A DNA stretch of 64,000 nt, taken from assembly GCA_036172245.1 (NCBI GenBank), contig JAYWIR010000057.1:248001-312000 (forward strand), read 5' to 3'. Source of the DNA: Raillietiella orientalis (taxonomy: Eukaryota). The position numbers and the translations under genes were made by a program. Each line of letters opens with the position of its first letter. The first letter of the stretch is position 1. Shown here piece after piece: positions 1-12,300 of this stretch. The notes under the pieces were generated by a model. The model searched no databases, was not told where the DNA came from, and worked only from the letters and a program-made list of their open reading frames with translations.

Positions 1-892
1 AGATGTCAAGCGCGAACGATAACTTCGGGTCCATGAATTGCAGGATCCAGCAACAAGATCAGAAAAGGAAAAAATTTTTTTTTACTAAATGACAAAACGA
101 AGCAAAGCTTGCATTTCGCAAACGATTTATGGTAAGATTCCAGAAAACGCCATTTTGGCTTGGGCTATTCGCAAAAACAAAAAAACAAAACTTCTGGTGA
201 CGGAAAGTGCAATACCACTGAAGCAAACTGCCAATTCCTATCTGATAAAAACTTCACATCAACCAGCATGAAGGACAGCTTCCAAAAGGCGACCGCAACT
301 TTCCTGAGACGTCATCATGAAACGGTCCCCTGCGGCTACCAAAGGTGACACTACTACTACGAGTGGTAGTACAACCCATTCCAAACAAACGCCAGAGACA
401 GAAGGTAAGTTCGGCCCACCTGCACCTTGATGGCCAAGCTGCACAAGCCATGTCAGAGAAAGTGAACCCTCGAGTGACGGCAACACGCGATGTGGTCGTC
501 GAAGCAGTGCCAAACTCTGCTGCCGCATTGGAAGAACGGCGTGGAAACGACAGTCCCGTCGAGGGAGACCCCCTCCTGCCACACAAAGCACTCCGAACCT
601 GCAAGTGTCCGAAGGAGGTTTTCTCGATGGGTTCGCCCCACCCTGATGACGCATCCCAGCAGGGGAGACCTCCACTGGTGCAGCGTGCTTTCCGAAAGCG
701 CCGCACGGCGGCGGCGGTGCACTCGTGTTCGACACACGTCACTTGGGGCTTCCGACACCACCGATCGGGGGCCGATCCAGAGTGGCTGCTGCCTCGAACC
801 GGAAGCGTGGACGCAACACGGCCGACAGACAACCCGAATCGAACACAATGAAACGGCACACCACATAACTGCTAATAACAATGCTATACAAT

Positions 893-898
893 TTTATT
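893..898 (-). promoter_or_regulatory. Probable poly(A) signal AATAAA of UBA1
   Basis: AATAAA on the minus strand ~135 nt downstream of the UBA1 stop, in an AT-rich 3' UTR. Confidence 0.6.
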
Positions 899-1033
899 AC
901 CGGTACACCATTCCGGGAACTGTCCGTTCGTGTATTCCTGGCATTTTTTATGTTTTTTGGCATGATCAGATATAGTTCTTCTGCAAAATATAAAGTCAAC
1001 TTTGAAACTCGTGCACGTACGGCACACCTGGTG

Positions 1034-4000
1034 CTATTCCTGGGGCAGCACGTAACGCACGTAGGGTACTTCGACGTCATCTCCCTCGTGGTTGTTACAA
1101 CACAATTCGAACACGAGGGCACGCACGTGAGGTTCGATGCGGCGTTTGGAGACGCGGCGCACCACTTCCGCCAGAGGCAAGGGCATGCGCTCGTCTCGCT
1201 TCGACGTCGGCATGAAGAACGAGTACAGCATGCACACGCCCTGCGACAACATCGTGACCTCGAGGCGGTACTCCCTTTGGAAGTAGTCCAGGAATTCACG
1301 CAACGTCATCTCCCCTTGCACCTCGAAACGATCCCACAGGGTCCACTCGGTATTGTTGTACTGCAAAAGCCGGGGCACGGCAGGTGACGCGTGGGGCGGG
1401 CAGGGGCCAGGCTCAACTCACCTTCATCTTTGGTGCAGCGATTGGTTCCGAAAAACCAAGGAAGGGTAACGCCAAGTTGACGAAGCCGTTCTTGTAGTAT
1501 TTAAGCTCCTGGTGCTGCTGCGCCAATTTGTACAATTCGAGACACACGAGGCCGCTGACAAGAGACGTAGTCGTAGCGATGGCAGGTATGATCTTTCCGG
1601 CAATGAGTTTGCTCTAAGAGACACCTTCAATTACACCGCGCGGAATAAAAGGGAGCAGCGGCTTGCCTTATGACGATCGGCCAACGATATGCCGTAATTG
1701 AGGGCCCGCAGATTGGAAGCCGAAACAATAAAATCCATGTGGAAGTTGCTGTCATCATCTTTCTCAAACTCCAGAGGCGTGAGGCGCACAGAGCTCAGGG
1801 CTTCGACCGGAGGCAGCAGCTTCTGCAGCTCACCGAGTCGATCGGGGTCAGCTAGGAAATCTCTTCTTGCATTTTCCTGGGGTGAAAGGGGTAAATACCA
1901 AAGTTATGGTTGCTGTTCGCTTGGGCCTCCGTGTCGCTGACGTCGATTCGAACTCCAGACTTGGGGATAAACTTTGGAACTTCAATGCGACCGACAGTGT
2001 GGGCGATTGCCGCCCGATCCCTCAGCTGCGAGATGCCATACACCTGCGCACGCAAGTTGGCCGCTGCCACTATGTAGTCCAGATGCAGAGCCTGGAAGGC
2101 GAAGAAGGGTAAACCTGCCATCTTCGAACGCACAATGATGAGTAATTACGTTGCCAACATCGAAAACGAGAGGAGTCGGACATCGTTTGGGTCCGCTCCA
2201 GAACGGCTGTCCAGATGAAGTCAACTGATCTGGAGGAAAATTATACAGCAATTGCCGTATTTGATTGCTGAAATGTTCTTGCCAGTGCATTCGTGCCCAA
2301 CGAATACAATCATCGAAAGAACGTGGGTATTCATCGACCAGGCAACGTTTCACTGCTTCAAGAGTCTCTACGGGCTGAACCCCGGGAAGGCGAAGTGTTC
2401 GTTCGATAAAGCGAGGGTCCGTTAGATACTGTGCGGCACTTTCAGCACTTTGCTTGAAGACTCCTTCGAAAAGGTCGCGTGCCCACTGCAATGTGTGCTC
2501 GATGGCGTTCGGGAAATTTTTAAGAGTACAAATGGGGATCGACTTTTCAGGAGGATCTTGCGAGGAACTATAAGATTCCGTGAGATGCGGGATTATCACT
2601 TGTACGTTCCCTTTGGTACCCAAAGTGCCCGACTCTAACAACGGCTTACGGTAGTACACACACCGTCGATCCATGTAGATGCCTAAAAACAATCGACTGA
2701 ACCAGCAAATGGGCCAACTCACGAGCATCCACGTTGTCCAAAGCATTGGCCACGCCATCCAGCTTTTCAAAGAAACTATCATCGTATACGCTTTCAGTTT
2801 CGGGACCAACGCGGTTCTGGTGCGAGACGATGTGGCAGCTAGGATTCATCGCTTTGGCCTGAGCACCAACAGATAAAACGCAACATCGCAGAAACGGATC
2901 GACGTACCGCAGAGGCAGCTGTGTCCGACTTCAGTTTCTGGACATCCCAGGAACGGAACAAGAACTGCCGGTTTAAATTGGATCTTTCGATGCTGTCCAT
3001 GTCTGTGATTGTGATGCAACCCTTTTCACCAGAGGCCACTCCCATCATGACGAAATTCTTCAGCAGTTCGCAACCGATAGCACCTGCTCCCACGATGAAA
3101 TACTTGAGCAAACTCAACTGCTTTTGAAAATTCGTTCCGAAAACCGCAATTTGTCCATCGTATCGGCAGTTCGCCTACATTTGGTTGGTAGCCATGTGCA
3201 TAAATACCAAGGAAAGATCCTTACTGATTTGGTGATTTCTTCGGTCAAGGTTTCTTTCCAGTCAGAAGGAAGGCATTCGTACGCATCGAAATAAAACCAC
3301 TGGAGAATAGGATGGAACTTGCCACTGCAAGCCTTCATCGCTTCCTGAGCCACGATGGCTCCTGTGATTGCAGCCATGGGGCTTAGGTTGCCAGCACATG
3401 TGTAACAAAACATCCGCATTAGCTCTTCATCGATTTTCACCGATTGATTTTCCCTTTCCTTGAGAATGTCATTGAGCAAAGCCATAAACAAGCTGAAATC
3501 CGCCTGCAAGAATGCACACCGACACGCATCATCCCAATCTCAAGTGAGAAGCAACTGACCTCACTAAATGAGTGAGGAAGATGATCGTACTTCTTGATGA
3601 ACAAATCCAAGGTCTGCAGGGCCGACTGAAACTGCTGTGGTCTTTCTGTTTTGGAGAAGTCACTGGTGACAATCGCAGGCTCCGCCAAAGCATCCTGGAG
3701 CTTTTTGAAATGCAGCACTTCGGGCATCTTCACTTGAACAACTGCTCCCCCGCTGATGTATTCGGAAAACTCGGAAGTATCTCCGATACTGAACGTGTAA
3801 GGACCTAGCAAACTTTGAATTTCACTCGGTTAACGCAAAAAAAAGATGTACCAAGAACGGTGATCTTGCGGGGATGACACCCATTGAGTTCGGTCATGCC
3901 TTTGATCTCGGTGAAGGTTACGAAACTTCCATCTTGTAAACCATGCCGCGTCTCATCCAAGCAAGTTACCACTCCTTCCTTATCCTAAATAATAACCGGC

Positions 4001-4696
4001 TGATTTCATTACTTGACATCCCGTCTTCAAACCTTGGTTATACTGGCGATTAAGGCGGTTATTGGAATCTCTCCATCCACGTCAGTGACGGTGAATTCTT
4101 CTCCAAAATCACAAAAAATCCGACACATCAGGCCGCGAGTACAACAACTTATGAATGCAATGCTCAATTTGTGTGTTATCTCTGATATGCGCAAATCTTC
4201 ATCGAAGGAAGAGTCCGTTAGTATCACAACCTGGCGGTTCCAACAGGTAACATGGCAATTGCTCATTGACTGTATACTTACTCGAAACTTGGATAAGAAT
4301 TCTTCAGTAAGCTTCCCTGTGTAAGTTTCAGTGAGCACGTAGGTGTTGAGTTCTGCTATTCTCTGACTGCAAGACTCTGCCCTGTTCTTGCCGATATCAT
4401 CTTCTCTTAAAAAGAACTGGTTTTGGATTGAAAATGACCATGGGAACACATACTGATTGATATACCTGTGATGACAAATCCGCGATCTCGCATAGCTTCG
4501 TATCGTGCAGGGTCACAGACCGAACTCCCGACAGGACAATGTTTTTCGCGATCTCGACCCCCAATCCATTGAGTCCAGATATGAGCACATCCGAAGTGGC
4601 CATTTTCCTCATGGCATCGTGGCCCAACACATACAGTTGACGAGAATAGAGACTCTCGTCGATCTCACCATCGTGTGACGTACCGTTCTGCGCCAT
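1034..4696 (-). CDS. UBA1: Ubiquitin-activating enzyme E1, core/short isoform from ATG 4696 (13 exons, 3054 nt, 1017 aa)
   Basis: Motifs [54 protein letters not shown], catalytic [23 protein letters not shown] and a C-terminal UFD ending EVPYVRY. Twelve introns of 40-61 nt (11 GT-AG, 1 GC-AG) splice to one uninterrupted frame. Confidence 0.97.
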
Positions 4697-6306
4697 AAGG
4701 GCCAAATGCTGGAAACAAAGAAGAATGTCAATCGGTGAACCCGCATTCATCCACATGACCACCCCAACCGAGCACATTCTCTATCTACGCGAAGGTATCG
4801 TTTCCTTCAGTGCTCGCGAATCAAAGTGGTCACTTACTTCTTGCAAGTCTGCAATGACGGTATTCGAAAGGAATAAATCACATGCGACTCACTACGATAA
4901 CGAAAGGCACAGCAATGGTCATTCACTTTTCAACAATACAAATAAAAAAGAACTTAAAACTGAATGACTTGAAAGAAATTCTGAAACAAATCGAAAGTGC
5001 CCTGTTGCCATGTTATGCCGTCGATGATACCCAAAGCATCTGATAGTAGCAGAACGCTCCGTAATCGCGAACTCCGTTTAGCACCGCAACGTGCAGTCAA
5101 TGACAACTGTGCTCGTTCGTGACCGCAAGCACCGACTTTGCATGGAAATCACTCTTCAGAGAAACTTGCGGCCACTTTTTCTGATACGCACTCCACACGG
5201 AAAGTCGCACTAAATTGCTGGAAGTACCATGTTGCAAAATTTACTCCAAATGAGCTTCGAATTCCTGGCTGGGGGAAAACTCCGGTTCTGGATGTACCGA
5301 GCTGCACTGGGTCTCCATCTACTACTTTTTGCAGCAGACGCGGGCACATCAAACAGGCAATGCAACCACAGGAAATTGCCAGGTAAAGCACAAACCACGG
5401 ACACGAATGGCTGTGGCTTCAACTGTTCTCTAAATGCTAATCTGTCTCGGTCGCTGCTCTGATGAACCCTCACGGATCGACTTCTGCATCCGTCTGTGTA
5501 ACCAAATTTCCGCACCATCGCACTCGATTAAAAAAATATGTCTGTTCGGTTGTTTTATTCAAACCAAAGAAACACTTTTAATACGATGGGTATCCGTTAT
5601 AAAATCCGAAAATCGGAAAGAAGAAGCCCTTTGTTTACCACATTTTTCATGCTCCCAATGATTGCAACTATTCTCTAGATACGAAACGGATGTCTTTAAG
5701 CTTGCCGAGCACATAAAGGTTAGAATAAAAGCTTCGATTACAGTCAAGCGGAACCACACGCCTGTACGTGAGAGATCCCATTTAAATTACATTACAGTTT
5801 ATACACGTCTTTTCAACTCTCTGTCCGGAGAACTTTGTTAAAAATCATCGCCTTTTTAATCGATAAATTCCATTTTGAGTTCTGCATTGATGACTGTCAG
5901 AAAAATTAAACAAATCTCATCCACACTTTTCATTTTTTGATCTCGCTCGTTCTGATCAACAACATTCTTAACTTTTTCTTTTTCCTTTCCTCTCCCCCCC
6001 CCCCTTCCCCGCTCTTCAGAAATTCTACATATTCACTGAGAATGGTGCTCTCTTCGTTTACTTTATTCCCACTGAACACCCACAAAGCGTTCCATAGAAA
6101 TCACTGGGACGCCCAATACTTTATTAGGAGCATAAATTACTCTTTTGAATACCATTTTCGTCAACCCCCTTCCTGATACACTTCCAAAATTTACGTTCGA
6201 CATCACCTTTGAGTACATAAAACTTCGTGTACTTTCTGAAACTACACAATTCTCAAGTAATGGATGCAAGTGCAAAATGAACCTCCATTACGTTTAATTA
6301 AACTGC

Positions 6307-6340
<34 letters not shown>

Positions 6341-9300
6341 TTCAATTGCGTTTCTATCGGATAGTTCTTACAGTAAAAATACATTTTTAAGGGATGGAAT
6401 CGTCTGCCTTCCGGCATGATCATAAGGGACCGCAAACTTGTCGAGTACCAGGCATACTCTGATGTACATTCTTCTCTATATAAACGAGTGTACCATGAGT
6501 GTTTGAATGTTTTACACGCATGAAGAAAGCAAGACTTTCGGCGTGGCCCTTATCTCACCCTTTCCACGTTTCGAATTATAATTGCTCCAATGCGCTGGAA
6601 AGTTCCCCGTCTACTTTTTTTCCTTTTATTACAAATGCAAAACGTACTCTTCATTTCATGAATTCATGCCGGCTTACGCCCTTCAAAACCAACCCCTTTT
6701 TCCTTGCACACACCAAGTTTCGAGGCAAATGGAAAACAAGCACACGTTCCTTTTTGAAAATTTATATCAAACAACCTTTATCTTTTCATTCGATACAACT
6801 GATGCTCAAGTGATCAGGAAGCAGGAAACACAAGTACGGAAAACATCGAAACTGATGGTGAATCGATCAGATAGCGAAGGGATCGCGAGGCAGGCGGGAT
6901 GCAGATGTGTTGCTTGGAAAAGGAAAACGCGTGCTTAACCGCAAGAACATCCTGCAAAGTGCTCCCCCTATTTTGTTACTGCCTTCCTTCGCCCGGTCTT
7001 GAAATGCTTCTAAATCTGAAATCCTTCATCAAACAGAATGTTACAAAGAAAGATCTTTTAGGTTTTCTAAACAATAATTCATTCAAATTCATTCACTCTC
7101 TTTCCATGAGAATAGTTACGTGATTTATCAATTAAAATACCTAAAAGAATGAAGAGGATTAGAAAAGAAAAAAAAAAAACTGGAACGAGAAAAAGCCGAG
7201 CACAGTTTTAAACTTCCCCAGAGACTTTGACCCCCGTGACATGTTGGACTAATACTAAACATTATAATAAAGATTCGAAAATTATAACCTTGATTTAATG
7301 CTAAATAGATTAGAATAACGTCCATACGAATATATAACGAGATTTAATAATCACTGTTGATGAAAAGCATGCAAAGATAAAAAACAGTCATTTGGTTTCA
7401 TAGCACCAATGCACATCTAAATCATAAATTTAGACCGGGAAGAGTAAAATGCTTGAAAAAATTAAAATAAAATGAAATTTAATAACAATTAGGGACTCAT
7501 CTTACTCACTGAATTTGCATTGCTGCTGAAATTTCAAGACTTAATACAAAGCCCAAAAGAGAATAAAATTTATTTTGACAATTGCTCCGGAATCGGAAAT
7601 AACGAAAATATCATAAATGTCGTACGCTCAAAGAAGCAAAAATACCCTTAAAGGATACCAAACTAACTTGAAACTGGCAACTCATAAAAGAAAAATAAAT
7701 CAATCACCCATGTTGCAATGCAATTTATCAATGTTACCACCTTCAAATAAGACTCGAAGCTCAGAAGATTATGTCTAGAAAAATGGTAAGAAATTAGCTC
7801 TTAAGAGATTACCTCGCAACGGAATCCATTAATCGAATATATTCGTAGTTAGTTAAACAGCTACTACTGTCTTAACTCAGAATCGCTCTTGCCAGCTAAC
7901 TAATGGGCACAACCAATAACAACATACTGTGAGCCTTTAAGCGCACGCACATAATCACCTCAAAGCTGACTGATTTTTCACCTCGAGATAAAACATTCAT
8001 TCAAGCAACCCTATTAGCTAACATACCCTACAGTATATGTACCTGACACATGCACGTACATGCAGACAGGCAAATAGCGATCTGTGAACATTTTTAACCC
8101 GATTCAAAACAAACACATCTTTTCCCTATGAGAGCTAATAGTAAGTGTGCTAGTAGAACAACAACTTGCAGGAGAGAGAGAGAGAGAAAAACCATGTCTT
8201 GCACTTGAAACTTTTGTAAACATGAGACTCGAGTCAACTTTGAGCAGCGCTGGAAGAGCAGAAGTAAACCGTACAATTGCACACGGTATAGTTCACTAGA
8301 GACATGAGAAACATCAAGTAGAACGCTTTTCTAGAATTGCGGGCATTGCTCGACTCTGAATGACTAGAAACCAGCAGCACATTCTCCTAAGATCACATAA
8401 CTAAAAAAAACGGAAGCGTGCAAGGCGAACGGTGTGAAACGAAACTCTCAACGGATTCTTTAAAAGCACAAAAACTCGGATTTTGAACGTATGAAGACAA
8501 AGCACGTGTACTTTTCCTTCGTACGTTATGGACTCAATTACGTACCTTTCCATAACAGTCGTGAATTGAAGCTTTCGCTTTAAAAGGTCGATTCAAGGAA
8601 ACAAGGTCACAACGTCCGAGAAACCAGCACAGGCGGCTGCACAAACAAAACCAGAAGAACAGAACACACGCACAAACTCTTGCAATTCAGAAATGCTTCA
8701 CTCCAAAAGCAATCAGAGTCCGATAGCAATCCGATGAAGAGAGCTAATGGTGCTTGATAACACTGCCGCGATGCATTCTTCACTCCAGAATGCACAGCAG
8801 CCACACTGCTCGTGGATTCAGCAACTGCAATGCAAAGTCTAACGGAGTTGACCGGAACCGCCAGTTGTCCATTCTTGCATGGAATGGACCTCCTGTAGAA
8901 CAATCTTCATCAAAACTGCGATTGCAATGATCCAATCCTTCAGTACGCTACATTTTACTACAGCCTTCAGCAGAACCACTGATATGACGTTTCGTTAGAA
9001 TTGGTACTGAATAGCGAGGAAATGCAGATCATGGTTTGGTGTGAAGAAATGAGGACGTGCAGACTTACATGCCCGAAACAGCTACCGTAAAGAGAATTAC
9101 TTGCTGGACCCTTCACAAGTTTTGCCACTGAATCTCTACTGTGCGTAAGCGCATTGTATTCACCAAAAGTCCGAAAACTTCTTGCTGTCCTCGGGAACTT
9201 GTCTGTTACTGACGACTTTTCTCGAGAATTTTGCTCTCCTTCTGGCTTATTTTGATCCAGCTTTATTCCCGAGCATTCATCTTTGATACTTTGAAGTGTT

Positions 9301-12300
9301 CTTCCACGAATAAACTTATCTGCCTATATTCTACGCCCCCGATTCTTCAGATTCACTCTTTATTATGTAGTTGGATTTGAAAGTACAGGTAATTTCTAAC
9401 GTGACTGTAAACGAATCTTCGAATACTCAACGAAAAGGGCTATATGGAGCAAAGACTTGTGCCCTTATTATAATTTCTTAGAGCAAGTGACATTGAGCAA
9501 CTTATTTGCTATGCTTTTAAAAATGTATGGATGCGCAATATCCGCATCCTCCCTCTTCAAACTAGTACAAAGAGTTTGTAAAGATTTCTTGTGATGCTAA
9601 TACCAAGATTTTTTTTATAACTTTTCCGTGTCCTTTGACCAAACTGTTTCAGAAACCAAGGCATAAACACATACGTTTCACAATACATTAACCGTTTCTT
9701 GATGCCCCTCTTCAAAGGCTGTAGAAAACATGCATCACCTGGAGAACGAATAAAAGTGGCTTCCTGATCAGACACATTAATGGGGATCTTTTATCATCTG
9801 GAAAGGTATATTGATGCATAGCTTCTCCAAATGATAATAAATTCGATTTATGTTTGAAACTTCCAATGATATCAGAAAATTTGAAAACGGCTAAACTCTT
9901 TGTCTTTTCAATGTAAGAAACGTTTCGTGATATCCTAAATTTTTAAATGGTGAATCTTGAATTTTTCCTGGAGGTAATGCAGCACTGTGTGCTAGTTACA
10001 CAACCAAATTCAACCAACTTTCATCCCCTCTAGAACTCGGAGCAAAAAAAAACTTTGGTCTTTATGAGTATTTATTCGATCTTGATCTCAGAATCCATAT
10101 CTCTTCATCATTTAAATGCATTATTCCCTTTGTTAATCGCGATCTTAGGATGCCTTGCTCTCATCATTTCCATAACTAATTTATCTTCCTGAACTCACAA
10201 TGCAAACACTATTCTCCAAACAGATAAGATCTTGTAGAAAAAAAAAAAAATCTTCTCTCTTATTGGATTTTTACGCGAAATATCAGTAGATATTTTGATA
10301 CCATTTCGGTAAAAGTGTTACATTACATTCATAAGAAAGGCAATTTTTTACATATGTATCAACTTTGCCAATTCAGAGTTTACTGATAAACCATTTTCCA
10401 CCGTTCCAGTAATTGTTATTACGAAAGCAGAACGTTTCGCAATGCATTACTGAAAACAACACATTAGGAAAGAGCAAGAAAAATGATAACAACGCCAGAC
10501 CATAACTTATTCTCTCATGCACAACTTCGACTATCTGGAGTGATTATCTACTGAAGCATGCATATGAAACATGACGCTGAGGAAATTCGGATTCACACGC
10601 GATCAGGGCATTTCCACGACTGTCTGTTTGTTCTTCAATTTCCTGAAGACCAATTTACTTTGTTAATTTTTCCCACGTTTGACCGTCAACAGTTATTCCG
10701 GTGATATCCCACCAACGTAATTAAATTATACACATTTTAATGTACAATCAATCAAGTCTGCGATGCACATGAAAGCCATTAAAATGTTACCTCCTCAACT
10801 TGATGAAGCTACATGATTTCCCAAAGATGACACAATGAGATTGATTCCTATGGGTCCATTAGTATCATTAGCTGAGAAACTCGATTTTCCTTCTATAAAA
10901 TTTGCTGCACACCGTACTGTGCTCTAAATGGTACATGTTTGATAAATTTGATGAATATAATACTTTCATTGATGATAATTTCATTGTATCTCTTTGCATT
11001 TAAAAAGAATGCAAGGTACTTATAATTCTTAATATTTTGTACATTCCGATTCAAGAATCTCTCAACTGGGCACTTAATGTAATTCATGAAAAGTCTACTG
11101 AAACAATGTTTAAAATAAATTCATTCATGAAATAAATTCATATCTAACAAATTCCTCAACTGTCACCAATTGCCATTACCAAATAGAATTAATACAACAG
11201 TAAAACCAATACTTTCTTTATTACTGAGTTTCTACTGTTTCATTCTGCATACGATTTCATGCTCGCAGGAAAGTGGATGATGAATAACTCATCAATCTTC
11301 CAATGATTGTGTAGAAAACTGCAGTTCTTAATGTAAGCTCTAAACAAATATTACTGCATTGCAACTAGTGATTAATACATGGAATATCGCTTTCCCAGTG
11401 ACTTTTTTGGATTAGCCATTCGAGTCATCAGGATACACTGCAGTCTTTCTAGTGACTGACGGGCTTGCTCATCTCAAATGCACAAGAAATTTAATCAAAT
11501 TCTCCTGCGTCTAAAATTGTTCCGCTACATGGGATGTAGTCTCTAGTTTTTATTCCATATTACAAGAATGTAACCGCTCAAAGAAATGCTGATAAATGAC
11601 TTAACAAAATTGAAAACAATCATGAAATGGAGTGCGGAGATAACAGCAAGAATAAGGTTACAGACCATACAACACAGAAAAAAATGTTCCAGTTTCCCAA
11701 GATTCCATGAGTTGAAACCCTAACGAACTACAAGGAGGCAGATTAAGATTATGAAGTGGAATGCACTGCAGCTAGATGAAAGTAACCACACTGTATTATT
11801 ATTATACAGTGTGGTTACTCTCAAATGACACAGTCATGGTGGCCAATTGGCACCGAAAAAAAGAAGAGCAAAAGAAAACAGGCTACAGTTGAGGAGCATA
11901 ATAAATCATGAATTAATTCGTTGAACGAAAGGAATTCAACAATTCATTTTTTCTTGTTCCCATATGTTTTTTCAGCACAATACGGAAACCTTTTCTCGTT
12001 TCATTTCATGCATTGAGTTTTTAACATGAAATAGGGATCCAGGAATTCTTACAACGGTAGCCCGTTGATGCCGCACTATGACAAATCGCATATCGACTCT
12101 TCCATGCAAAATTAACTATGGAGCATACAAGTCAACGTGGGAATTTCTCAAATAGCACATTAAGAAGGATTGCTACAAAATTTTATCCATCTTGAATGAT
12201 CCTAAATGAAATAATATGTGAAAAACAATGAAAAAACTATGTAAGATGAAAAAAAAATTTCACTTCGGAACAGTTATAACGATATAACGATGTTTTCTGA

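Noticed and set aside
89..975. Several overlapping ORFs (up to 201 aa) and a GTAAGT donor at ~405 downstream of UBA1
   Set aside because: No recognisable domain and no consistent spliced frame. GC-rich sequence produces such ORFs by chance.
6301..6353. Poly(T) flanked by AACTGCGTTT/AATTGCGTTT, resembling a minimal retro-insertion with a TSD
   Set aside because: Too little unique sequence to distinguish it from slippage.
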